A stretch of DNA of 64,000 nucleotides from Podarcis gaigeae (lineage: Eukaryota): assembly GCA_964106915.2 (NCBI GenBank), contig OZ066929.1; one strand, given 5' to 3'. Positions within the stretch are counted from its first letter, which is position 1; each line of letters opens with the position of its first letter. The translations under genes and the position numbers were made by a program. This document shows positions 1-11,430 of this stretch, in pieces. The notes under the pieces were generated by a model. It was given only the letters and a program-made list of their open reading frames with translations. It was not told the origin of the DNA and did no database searches.

Positions 1-1015
1 AGGGGAAGAGAGATTGGGTCTCTATGGAAAAAAGTGAGTACAGAAGAAAAGAGGGGAAAGCTGAAGTTGTCAGTTGCCAATTGTACTTCTTAACTGTTAG
101 TTTTGAACGGTGCCGAAAAGCCTGCTATTGCGATGGTAACAATAGCTTTGTCAAAGCACTTCCAGACTTGACTCTTTGACTTGGTGTAAATGAGCAGCAT
201 GTGTTCATAAAACTTGTTGATGCTGAGGACCTTGTTGGAGGTGGGTTTTTTTGGCCATACTTTTGAAATCTGTATCTCTCCTGCTCTGAGTGCTCAAGAT
301 CTTTGTGTCATTCTGTCAAGTCCCATATGTCCGGCTCGGGAGTGCAAGGCACAGTTAGAAGCTAAGTGTAGAAGGCTCCCTCTGGTTCCTATGTGAGACT
401 TGTCAGGAACCTCAAACTCTGAGGGATACATGGCCAGCTGGGGTTGTCCAGCCTGAAGGCAAGGAGATGAGCAAGCTGATTCTTGATGTTGGTCTGTAAA
501 CTAGAAGGCTAGATATCTGGAGTTCTGCAGAGTTGCCTAGCTGATGGGCTTATGTGGATTGCTGTTCCTGAGTCTGGCATGGGGCATGAGCGGGACAGGT
601 GAAAAACTGCATGCTTTATTGGTGACAGCTCTTTTAAAAATCACTTCAGGTTTCCATCCCTAACTAATTTCCATCCCTTAAAGAGGCAGTTCCCAGGCAG
701 GCCAGCAAGCACTTCTCCATCTTTGGGAACCATCTGTCTGAGCTCTGCAAGGATGCGGCTTCTTGGGATCTGATAGAGGGTGCTTGTCACAAATGTGTCT
801 AGGAAATGTTTTTAATTTAGTTTTGTATCAGTCACCTCTTTCTATTATGGCATATTTGTAGTTCCCAGGCAGTCACCCTTTTACACATCCAGACTTACTT
901 AGGTTCAGTAAGGTGGCCTCATTCTTCTTCTGAGGCCAGGTCTTGCTTGGGCCCTAGGACAAAGAACTGGCAGTCCTCAGATGCTGCTTACACCAGCTAT
1001 CAGGATTAAAAAAGA

Positions 1016-1158
1016 TGGATATGGCTCAGCAGGTAGAGTACGAGACTCTTAATCTCAGGGTTGTGGGTTTGAGTCCCACATCAGGCAAAATATTCCTTCA
1101 TTGCAAGGGGTTGGACTAGATGACCCTCATGGTCTCTCCCAATTCCATGATTCTATGA
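1016..1158 (+). mobile_element. SINE with tRNA-Lys-like head and CR1-derived 3' tail
   Basis: ggctcagcaggtagagtacgagactcttaatctcagggttgtgggtttgagtccca (degenerate A/B boxes, CTT anticodon arm), then ggggttggactagatgaccctc...ccatgattctatga (CR1 3' end). Confidence 0.85.
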
Positions 1159-1223
1159 ATGGAGATCTGGTAGATAGTGTTTGTGTTTCACCTTTGACTC
1201 GAGTTACCAGTTCTCTCTGTCTC

Positions 1224-1250
1224 TGTGTGTGTGTGTTTGTGTGTGTGTGT
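1224..1250. repeat. (TG)n microsatellite, interrupted
   Basis: Direct reading. Confidence 0.9.
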
Positions 1251-1273
1251 AAGTTCCATTCCTAAGATGGTAC

Positions 1274-1494
1274 CATAGCTGTCAACTTTCAGATTTGAAA
1301 ATAAAGGATCAGCAGCCTCAAAAATAAGGGATCAGCAGCCTCACCTGTCCCGGGGAGCCTCGAAAATAAGGGATCAGCAGCCTCACCTGTCCTGGGGACA
1401 GTCTATGGGATATCTAACAATCCAGGATAGCAGTGGGAAGCAGCGCTGGAATAAGGGAATTTCCCGCAAAAAAAAGGGAAGGTTGACAGCTATG
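1274..1494. mobile_element. Non-autonomous DNA transposon (MITE) with 13-bp TIRs and internal tandem repeats
   Basis: catagctgtcaac (1274) ... gttgacagctatg (1494); three copies of aaaataa(a/g)ggatcagcagcctc inside; no clear TSD. Confidence 0.75.
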
Positions 1495-3919
1495 CTCCAT
1501 ACAGATGTTAAATAAGAGTAACTGCGGGGGGGGGGGGGGAGAAGTCAGGTCCAGTGGAACCAAGTCAGTTTCTTTTAAAAAACACTGAACCAAATTATTA
1601 TTTGAGCACTGATAGGCTAGCGCTGTCATTGCTTTTCTCCCTTGAGCAACTGTAACGCATGGGCATTGCTAAAACTAATCTGCAGCCTCCAATATATATG
1701 GAATGGAGAGTATCCGTTTTGCTGAAGAGCATATGACAAAAGTAATCTAAACCATTCTACAAAAATAAATAAGTCTGAAAAGAAATCTTTCAATGTATTG
1801 TCTTTATAAATATCCTTTAAATTGAGTCTGAATGGTGGTGTGCAAGTTGATGGTATTGGAGAAGCCTGTTGAAATGCATTTCACACTCACAGTTATCATT
1901 GAATGTATAGCGTATGTTTAGCTCATGCTTCCCGCCCCCCCCGGCCCCCGTCTCTCCTTTTCTCATTCATTTGGTGCTACATTTCTTTGGAGATTTCAAA
2001 GTGATGATTGGCAGATCAAAGATGGTGATATTTCTTCCACAAAAATACCCTAGTTTTGATTGATCTGTGAGAGCAAGCAGTCTAAGGGCAGGACAAATAG
2101 CTCAATGGACTAGACTCTGGGTTGTTTTAATTGCAATTTCTACTAACTAGGGATGAGTGCTCCCTCGCCAAGGTGCAATTTGGAACAATTTGGATCTCTT
2201 TTTAAAGCAGATTAATTTGGAGAATGACTGACAGAAATCCAAAATCAACCATATTTAACTGGTTCCATTTTGAATCAGTGACACGCCCCCCACCCCCGGC
2301 TCTCCTAAGCTTCTGGGAGGCACCTGAGATCCCCTCATGGCAGTCCCTGGGAGCCCTTCCTGAAAAGCACCTCCTTGCCTTGCTAAAGTTATGGAAGTGG
2401 TGGGGGGGGGGGGAAGAACAGGGAAAACTCCTGGGAATTGCTGTGATCAGATCTCTTCTGGACCACCTCAGAACTCCTGAGAGGTCAACCTCCAGTCCAA
2501 AAGGAATCTGGAAAGGGTGGATTCTATAAATCTGGAGTTTTAATCCTTTCATCCATTTGTGCCATTTACCCATTCACTAATACCAATTCATCTATGAGTT
2601 TTTAGGAGGGCCCTCTGGAGGTGGAAAAGCAGTATAGAATTAAAAATAAAAAATATTTCCCCATAATCTATTCCCCATAATCTATTGGCCTTTTTTTGTT
2701 TTTAAAGGAGGCCCTGGTGGAAAGTGATGCTTGGTGAACACTACAACTCCCTCAGTCTGTACTTTATTAGTATATTTTATTTTATATTCTCACAGGGCTT
2801 TCCCCTCAGGGTTGACCTCTGTTTGCTGCCTTCTTGTACTTATAAAGAAGTTGAGAGGACATGGGAGATAATAGAATTATGAATGGCAAGATTTTGAGCA
2901 ATCAATAAATGCGTTTGCCTAAGAGTCCTCTCCTTGTGTTAATTTGGTGTTGCCATGGTGTCTCAAAATGGAGGATTGTAGGTCATTCTGCAGAAACAGA
3001 GGGCTTGCACAAAATGTGCCGATCCTCATGGCAGGCAGATAATGCATTACGCACAACCTTCAGCTGAATGATAAATTGCCTCTTTATCTGGTGTTGTCCA
3101 GGGAGATCCACTGCAGAAAATTGAAAGAGATGTTTCACACCACCAGCTAACATTATTTTGGAAGTGGACCAAAAATCACACGCTTCAGACTTGAAATGTA
3201 TTTAAGTGTGTGCAGTGTCATAGTGGTATTTCTTCACTGAAGCCAAATGAGGGGGAGGAAAAGGAGAGAGATTAGTCACCTTAAAATTTAACTCATTGTG
3301 TTAATGAATTGCTTTATTATTTCTGAGCACTTTGTGTATACATAATTAATTGTCTACAAGCATTCTTATTTTGGGTTTGGGTTTTTTTAGAAGGAGAAGA
3401 TAATTATTTATGTATGCTTTTATTTAAAACATATACTAGCTGCTGTTGTATTAAAATCATATTCAAAGTATCTTACAACAGCAATGAAAATGTGAAAGAT
3501 AAATGTGCAGGAACAATAAATTATTACCTTCAGTCTAAAACTTAAAGGCAAGTGTAAGCTATCCGTCAAAAATGAGAGACATAAAATGTCAAGTTTTGTA
3601 GAACTTCTTCTATCCATTGAAAGCCCTGTCAGACAGATACATTTGAACTTGTCTCTTGAATGATACAAGGGTTGGTGCTTCCTTTACTGGTCCAGGAAGG
3701 GCATTCCTCAAATGGACCATCATCACTGTGTAATAAAGTTCATTTCCCGATCCCCACCTGCCTGAGTTCACCTGGAGGCAGAGATGTACAGAAGTGCCTC
3801 TGATATGAATTTTAAACTTTGGGCAGGTTGAAATTCAGGTGGGAGAAGATGATCCTTTAAGTTTTCCACAAGCAAGATACTATATATTTTATTTTCTTAT
3901 CCTATCCTATCCTTTCTCT

Positions 3920-4030
3920 AAAGTAGCTCAGGACAGCACACATGATTCTTCCCCTACATTTTTACATCCCTAACATGGATCAGTGGGAATTTGAACCCGC
4001 GTCTTCCTAGTCCTACTTCGACACTGTCAT
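3920..4030 (-). mobile_element. Degenerate MIR/CORE-like SINE fragment
   Basis: gggaatttgaacccgcgtcttcctagtcc is the reverse complement of a B-box-containing SINE head; boundaries approximate. Confidence 0.5.
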
Positions 4031-7000
4031 CTTACTAGGTACTCTGGAGAAACTCTGTTTTATTATATTTTGTGTGCCCTGTATTTGGTTTATTGCAGCA
4101 CGTTCTAGGGCTCTTCTCCCTGTTGTCTTATTCCTGCTTTAGTTGTTTCCATAGTGCTGTTAACTTTGCAAGTTTAGGGTGTGTGGGAAGATGGGTCAAA
4201 CATTGGGGAGGGATTGTGGACACAAGACTGAAGTGCAATACTTAATGTGGACCTTTACCATACATCTGTATTATACAAAAGAGAAGTAAGTGAACATTTA
4301 TGTATGAGAGAGAATTCTTTATTTCCACCTATGATTTCCACCTATGATCTCTTCTATTCTTGAATCCTGAAATGTTGAGCTTTTCTTTTAAGTAAATGCT
4401 TAATACTCATGAATGTAGTCACAGGTTCAACATTATGACAGTAAGAGTCTGAAAGAATTGGAATCAAGGAGCTAAGCAAACAGAAGGGCAGATTCATTAT
4501 GTTCCTTGTTAATTGATCCAGGCATCACCCCATGATGAGTGATTTTCCTTACTTAGTCTTTTTTAATTCCCTTATCTTGAATGCACTCCATGGAAAGAAC
4601 ATTCTATTTCTTATAGTTCAGTTTGGTATATAGAAGAACTTCCGTAACAACAGTGTTTGAGAGAGGAGTGAAGAAGTCTCTGTATCGGTATTATTCAGTT
4701 CATGTTTTTCACATTTGGGTTGGAAACAATTTCAGAGCATTGTAAGAATAAGTGCAGGACATCTGCTAACAGTAGTTTTGCATCTGCTGGGTTCTGTGAA
4801 AACTACATATAAAATGCAAAGTATGTGCAATTAAAACATTCAAGTTTAGTGTGACCCTCCTGCCTCTGGTTTCTCAAGCAGTCGTCAGTTCTGAACAAGT
4901 TGTTCACCCCTGATATATGTGGGCTTGTAGCCTCAAGACAGTGAATGTCTTTGATTTATGCTGTAATTAATTAATATGCATTTATTACCAACCCTTAATG
5001 AAAGGGCAGCACAAGGCAGGTCATTTTATTCAGAAATTTCAGTTTAAAAATCAAAAGCATAAATGACTAGTACATTAATTTCTCAAGCTGAAATCTGGGA
5101 TTCCTTTTGGAAGTTGATATTTATTTATTTATGTATTTACTGTCCTGCCCTTCCTCTGAAATGAGGGAGCAAGAAAAAATAGTCTTGATGGACCAGACTT
5201 CCCTGAAAGATCAACTGTTTGCCATAACGCCACGCCACAACAGGCAGCTTACAGGGAAATCCCGGGTGTGATTCTAAGTCTCTCTCTCTCTCTGTGAGGT
5301 TCAACAGGCTGAATTGCATCCTGAGACTTGGTGTGAAACATAAGAGCTAAACAGCGGAGCCTCTTAAAGCAGGGGCTGCAGCCGTGCACTTCTTGGTGGC
5401 AAAAAAGACCTCAGACTTCTCCTCCTAGAGGACGGCTGGGGAACCCAGGTGACTTGAAATAGGAACTTGAAATAGTAGCTAGGAAGTGCTAGTATCCCAG
5501 CCGAAAGATGTAGGCTGTCTGCGCTTCCTCTCTCCTTCGAAAGGAAGCAAGAGGAGGGATTATGAGCTGCAAGCCCCGACACTGCTTCTGAAGGAATGCA
5601 GAAGCACACTCCAGAGACACTCCAGAGCTCACTGTGGATCATACAGAGATGAGAAGCACAGTGAAGGTTTGCCAGTTTTCATATAGAAAAGTCGGTTGTC
5701 AGAAAACAGGAAAGCGGAGAGGAAAGATGGAAGGCAAGAATCAGAAATGTGCAACCAATATATGTCTTGCTCAGGAATTGATAGTGTTAAATTCAAACAG
5801 TCATTCTTAGTAGATGCTTGCAGCAAATCCCCAAAATGTTGCTTAAACTCCCAAATTGCACTGAGGTGCTGCATGGTCAGTGCAAAGAAGAAAACTGAGG
5901 TGGGGGGGGCAGTATAAACAGAAATGCACATAGGCAACTCTCATGAAGATTCCTGAAGTTTAATGTATGGCACATACAAAAAGAAATGACAATCTAAAGA
6001 GAAAAAAAGTCCCAAAGTTACGTGTTATTTGATGTGGGTGGGTTTCGGATTACAGGAGTCAAGAGTTCATTCTGGAGGCCATGTAAATTTTCAGACATCT
6101 TCTCTGAAGTGATCTTCTAATAACACTTTTTATATGGGTACCAACATTAGTAAAGTCTAAAGAGACAGATTTACTTACTAGGCAGTACTGACTAGGTGAA
6201 GCTATATTTTGGCTGGTATAAAGCCGATTCCTGTGTTCCTTTGATTGCAGTCTCCGTTTTACACACACCCCACCAGCATGAAGAAAGCAAGTATTTGTAA
6301 TTCTTTAATGCTTCCATTACCTCATGACCAGCAGATTTGGCCACGCTTTCTGTCTTAATTGGCTGTTGATGTCATAGAACATGGCTCCTTGTCTTCCTGG
6401 TGCAGGAAACTCCTTTTTCTTTCCCTGGCTTTTTCCTGTTTGTGTCTGGTGTGAGTTTGCACACGCGTGCCTCTAAACAAATCTGGTGAAATTTGCATTT
6501 GTATACAGTTAGTTCATGCCAATAAACAAAACCTATTCCCAGTAAGATGTGTTCTTATTTTATGATGATTGGATTTACTGCAGGAAGTATTCTGAAGATT
6601 CTCTGTAATTAGAGTCTGGAGGGTTTAAGGAGCTGTTTTTGAAATTTCCTGACACTCAGAGCATGTGTGTTTGATCTTTATAGCCGCCCGCCCCGCCCCT
6701 TCTTAGCTTGCAGCTCAATAATGTCTGCGTATCTTATATAAAACACAAGGAAGCCAGAAACAAAATGTGGATGTAGTGTTCTGTCTCTGTGTGATTCTTC
6801 CTCAGTATGGACTGGGGCAGCTGTCTTTGCTAAATGCATATGAGCTAAACACTTGTAACATTTATCTCTGTCCTGAAGTAATTACTATTTATATCCACAT
6901 TCTCCTCAAAGTGGGCTGCAGTCACCTGGTTGATTCTTACTTTTCTTTAGAGGCAAGCTTCTTACCTGTCTGACTTCATGAGCATGGATTTTTAAGTTTC

Positions 7001-7627
7001 TGTGAACAGAGATGGTTCTTAAGTTCTTCTCAATTACTGGTGATCATTTGCTTCTATTGTTATCATTATTTTTGTTAATTTGCCAAGGAGAAAACAGTAT
7101 ATACATTGCATTTGTTTCTCCCTGATGTGTGTTCTTTGTTGGGGTGGGGTAGGTGGCATTTATGAGGGTAAGAAAATACATTAACAATGTTATTACAACT
7201 TTCTATTCACCCTACGAAGTAGGTTAGACTGAGAAATGGTGAGTGGTCCATTGTTACCCAGCAGCCGTTGTGATTGAGTGGGATTGACGTTCTAATCACC
7301 ACACCAAATTGTTCTGAATAACCCTCACTGAGAATATCAAAAGCATTTTCGATTCTTATCATGAAACAAGACAGGTTGCTTAGGTAGAGGGGTAGCCTGT
7401 CCGAAATGGAAACAGTTTGGGGGCATTTCTCTCGGATATAACAGTGCTGAGAAGCTTCCCTTCAAGCGGCAGGTCTGCTTTTCACAAGCCCTTTAAAACT
7501 AACAAGTTGTTTTGTTTTGAACAAATAACATCTCCCAGAGATTGATCTATAAATAAATTGTGTGTCTATAACTGTCCCTCAAGAACAGTGTTTATGGGGC
7601 AATTTGTTGGAGTGACTGACTCAATCT

Positions 7628-7630
<3 letters not shown>

Positions 7631-7669
<39 letters not shown>
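7631..7669. repeat. (GT)n microsatellite
   Basis: Direct reading. Confidence 0.95.
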
Positions 7670-7670
<1 letters not shown>

Positions 7671-8183
7671 TATAAAACAGAGATTACCTTTGTAGGTTTA
7701 AAGAACACTGAGCTCATACATGGAAGCAGAAATGGGTCTTTCATGCTGATAGGAATTTTGGTTGCTTTAACATGTACTTTGCCTTGCTGCAGAGCATTTC
7801 ACAAGGAAGAATGAGAAGGGTTAGTTGAGTTGTCAGCGCTCTTTAGCTAAAATATGGAGACCATTTTAAATGTCATTTCAAAGCAAGCCTTTATTGTGAT
7901 TAACTGGCATAAATCAGTAATGAGTAAATAATGTAAAATATTTATTTTCATTAGCTGTTTGCTTAATGGCATTAATGCATTGGGAATGCCTTCCGGGCTT
8001 GGGGGCTGAGAGGATAGAAAAGTGTGTTTATATGTAAAGCATTTCACCTCATCGCAGTGGATGGCTTTGGAAACAGCCCAAGAGCACATTGCCATTCAGT
8101 TCGTGGTTACATAGGAAGCTATCTTTGAGCGGAAGAAAAACATGTTGTGCATTCTGACCCTGCTCTTAATATAAACAAATATT

Positions 8184-8306
8184 GACCGTGGATAGCTCAG
8201 TCAGTAGAGCGTGAGACCTGTAATCGCATTGGGCTAAAGAATTATGCATTGCAGGAGGTTGGACTAGATGACCCTCGCAGTCCTTTCCAACTCTACAGTT
8301 CTGTGA
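8184..8306 (+). mobile_element. tRNA-head/CR1-tail SINE, same family as 1016-1158, with an internal deletion
   Basis: gaccgtggatagctcagtcagtagagcgtgagac...gcattgcaggaggttggactagatgaccctcgcagtcctttccaactctacagttctgtga. Confidence 0.85.
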
Positions 8307-8307
8307 T

Positions 8308-8494
8308 AGAACTTTCTGACAGTAAGAGATGTTCAACAGCAGGATGGGCTATTTTGGAAGGTTGTGGACTTTTCCTTCATTGGGGTTTTTAAACAGAGGT
8401 CAGATGGCCTTTTATCATGTTTGCTTTAGTTGTGGTTTCTGCATTGCAGGGGTTGGACAAGATGTCCCTGGGGGTTCCTTCCAACTCTACAACT
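8308..8494 (+). mobile_element. CR1 LINE 3' fragment
   Basis: agaactttctgacagtaagagatgttcaacag (ORF2 end, NFLTVR) ... gcattgcaggggttggacaagatg...ccttccaactctac. Confidence 0.8.
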
Positions 8495-8540
8495 ACGCCA
8501 GAGGACCCAGTTGTGTAGAAGAAGTGGTATTTCTTCGCCG

Positions 8541-8554
8541 CTGCCACCTGGTGG
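8541..8554 (-). promoter_or_regulatory. CTCF consensus motif
   Basis: Reverse complement CCACCAGGTGGCAG matches CCASYAGRKGGCRS fully; binding not shown. Confidence 0.55.
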
Positions 8555-10092
8555 GCACAATTATGTGCTATAGCCTGTGCTATATCACATTCATTGCAAG
8601 ACATTCACTGTCTGCACTCTACCTGCTATCTTGCCTGCTTCATCATCCAAAGCTCACTGGGAAACAAGGGAGCACTTCATGCTCCACAGTTCCTGAGAGG
8701 ACACTTGGTGGCAATCGTGGCAACGGTCCTGCCCATCTCACCATTCCATAGTTGAACTAGAGCCTCAACAGGAACACCAAACATTTCAATCAGAAAATCC
8801 CCATAGCATTCAGGAATCCGTAGGATTCCACAGATCTCTGTGGAAGGACCATCAAAATCACTCTCCTATCTCTTCATTGGGTACTGCCACTGTCAACTCA
8901 AACTTTACTAGGACATGGCCTGACTGTGTATAAGGCTGCTACTTTCACACCCCCAACTAAGGAATAAACCCTACACAAATCCGGAGTAGAGTTGCTAAGA
9001 TGGTTGGATGGTGTATTGTATGCCTCTTTCTGGCAACTCCTGCAGCCAAGCTGGTGCCACACATGCTGCTTTCCTTTCCTTTGGACCACATCAGCAAAGC
9101 CGAGAGGGTGGTATTGTTGTTTGGGCAGCCCAGGACCTCCATACAACCTGCCCATGGTTGCATCCTGGAGATGTCACTTGGGTGCTGCTAATGCAGCAAA
9201 AACAACACGGGAGGCAGCAGTTAGGAGTTACCAGTCCCTGCAGCCACAGCAGGCGTTGTGATTCTCCAGTGGTTTGACTTCACCCCAGAGGCGCATTTCA
9301 TTGTCTCTCAAGACAGATGGATGCCAACAGTTCTCAAACAGATGAATCCTTCACCCTCATATATGTCCCATCCTTCCTCCAAGGCATTTGGGGTGCATAC
9401 AGAGGCCCCTCTCCCTTTACAACCCTATAATGGGCATTAGTTTTGAGAGATTAGAACTGTCCCAGGTTACTCAGTAAGCTTCACGAACCCAGTCCTTCCC
9501 AGTTCTGTGGAATGCTGCCACTGGAAATTAGGTGTGTACCATACTCTTGACTTAAGGGAGATCAATAGCAAAGAGATTTTAAATCCCAATCCATTTTAAG
9601 GATAAGGGAAGTATGACCCAAGAAGGCCTTTGTTACCACTCTCTGGGCCTTGTGCCATTCATATGGAAATACAGTATGTTAATTGCCCAGGCTCTTTATT
9701 TTCCAAAGCATCAAGTTAACAAAATGGTCTGTCTTGTTATAGTCCTTTTATCCTGTAAAGTTTTATAGCTGGCACTCTAGAATTAAATATGAAAGATTTC
9801 CATAATACTGATGATTCCTGTTTAAGTGCTCTCTTAGAGGGCGTTGATTTCTGTTGCCAAAATCACAGCTGTGCCCAGTCCCTCCCCTCCCCTTTTCCCT
9901 CTTAGTGTCTGCCTGATCCTTTTTATTTGGCGTTAACTGTCAACCACCTTTTTAATGCTAGTCTGTTTTAAACTGCCCTTTTGAGGAGGGGGAAAAGAAA
10001 ACTCCCAAACACCCAAATTTGGGGTGTTAAACTGCTCTGTTTGAAGAAAGCTGCGTATGTCATTTTTTATGTCTTTGAGGGGGTTTTTGTAT

Positions 10093-10224
10093 NNNNNNNN
10101 NNNNNNNNNNNNNNNNNNNNNNNNNNNNNNNNNNNNNNNNNNNNNNNNNNNNNNNNNNNNNNNNNNNNNNNNNNNNNNNNNNNNNNNNNNNNNNNNNNNN
10201 NNNNNNNNNNNNNNNNNNNNNNNN
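10093..10224. other. Assembly gap (132 N)
   Basis: Run of n. Confidence 1.
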
Positions 10225-11289
10225 TAGGCTCCAGTTAATATACTTGAATGATACTAGAATCTGCGTTCTAAGACAGAACAAAGGGGGTTTATTTGAAGCT
10301 TGCATTACAAAGGTGGAATTATCATTGTGAACAATCGACCGAGATCAGGGCTTAATTATTGTATCTTGTGTTCCTTCAATATTATAAAGTGAAGTCAAGG
10401 GAACAATTTCTCTCCCTCCACCCTGCCCCAAGCAAGTGGACAGCTCGTCAATCTTTGAAGATTGATGATTGGACCTTTCTCCAATCCCTTAACACTGCAG
10501 TGCTCCCCTTAGCTTTCAAACAGCTTACTGTGTGACACTGGGGGCTCACTGTTTGAGAAACAGATCTGAATACCCCTCTGTCTGTCCAGAACTAGTTCCG
10601 TTATTTGGATCCCAGCTGGGATGTATACCTTTTCTGGGCAGTAGTGTATAAGTTAGTAGGCTGTAGACATGCTTTGAGTCTACATACTGGACCTTCAAAC
10701 TGCTCTTGCTCTGACCCATCTTTGAGTGGTTTTGCAAAGCTGGAATGCATCATTGAACTGTGATAATGCATCTTGCTTGCATTATCCCTGGATGGGGAAT
10801 GGGGAAATGTGTGTGTTTAGAAACCTCTACCTTTGCGTTGCTGGAATGTAACATACTGCAGAAAGTCACATCTACTGCTCTCTTTGGGGTTGCCTTTGGC
10901 CCTGCCCACCAATGGAAGATCATCCACAGAGCAGTGTGGCCCTTGGTCTCTGCCACTAAGGCACCTTTTGCTTCTTGGTCACTTTGCCCTTTGTTTCTTC
11001 TCCTTTCTCTCCATATATTTCAGACCTCAGGTAAGTGAGTTAGGCAGGTAAGCCTTGGCACAGACCATCTCATTCCAGTCAGGTTTCAATTTACACATAG
11101 AGGCATAACCTCCTAAATGGCTTAATTGCTTTGACAAGCTGTGAAGTTAAAATAACTTGATCTGTGACCTTTGCTCAGATGCTGTGGTTAAAAAGAAGCA
11201 GTGCTCTGGATGAATGAGTGTGGGGTTGTGAAGCAGTTCAGCTACTCGGATAGTAAAGTTGTGTAGTGTTACATCGTTGTGGCTGAAAG

Positions 11290-11430
11290 GATTAACTATA
11301 AACTGGGAAGCCCCTAGTTCAAATCCATGCTCAGCTATGAGACCACAAGGAGACCTTTGGTAAGCTTGTGCATGAAAAATGAGGGCAATAATGCTTGTTG
11401 TTGTAAGGATAACTCTGATAACAGATTTGA
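11290..11430 (+). mobile_element. Degenerate MIR/CORE-like SINE
   Basis: ctgggaagcccctagttcaaatcc...gggcaataatgcttgttgttgtaaggat; boundaries approximate. Confidence 0.5.

Noticed and set aside
1016-1090. tRNA-Lys-like sequence (also 8184 and the Ile-like 32600-32720)
   Set aside because: Degenerate stems joined directly to CR1 tails, so these are SINE heads and not tRNA genes.
1298-1398. Repeat-spacer-like pattern resembling CRISPR
   Set aside because: Vertebrate DNA, no unique spacers, no cas genes; internal tandem repeats of a MITE.
2657-4348. Short exact tandem duplications (ttccccataatcta x2 at 2657; atttccacctatg x2 at 4321)
   Set aside because: Ordinary slippage micro-duplications with no sign of function.
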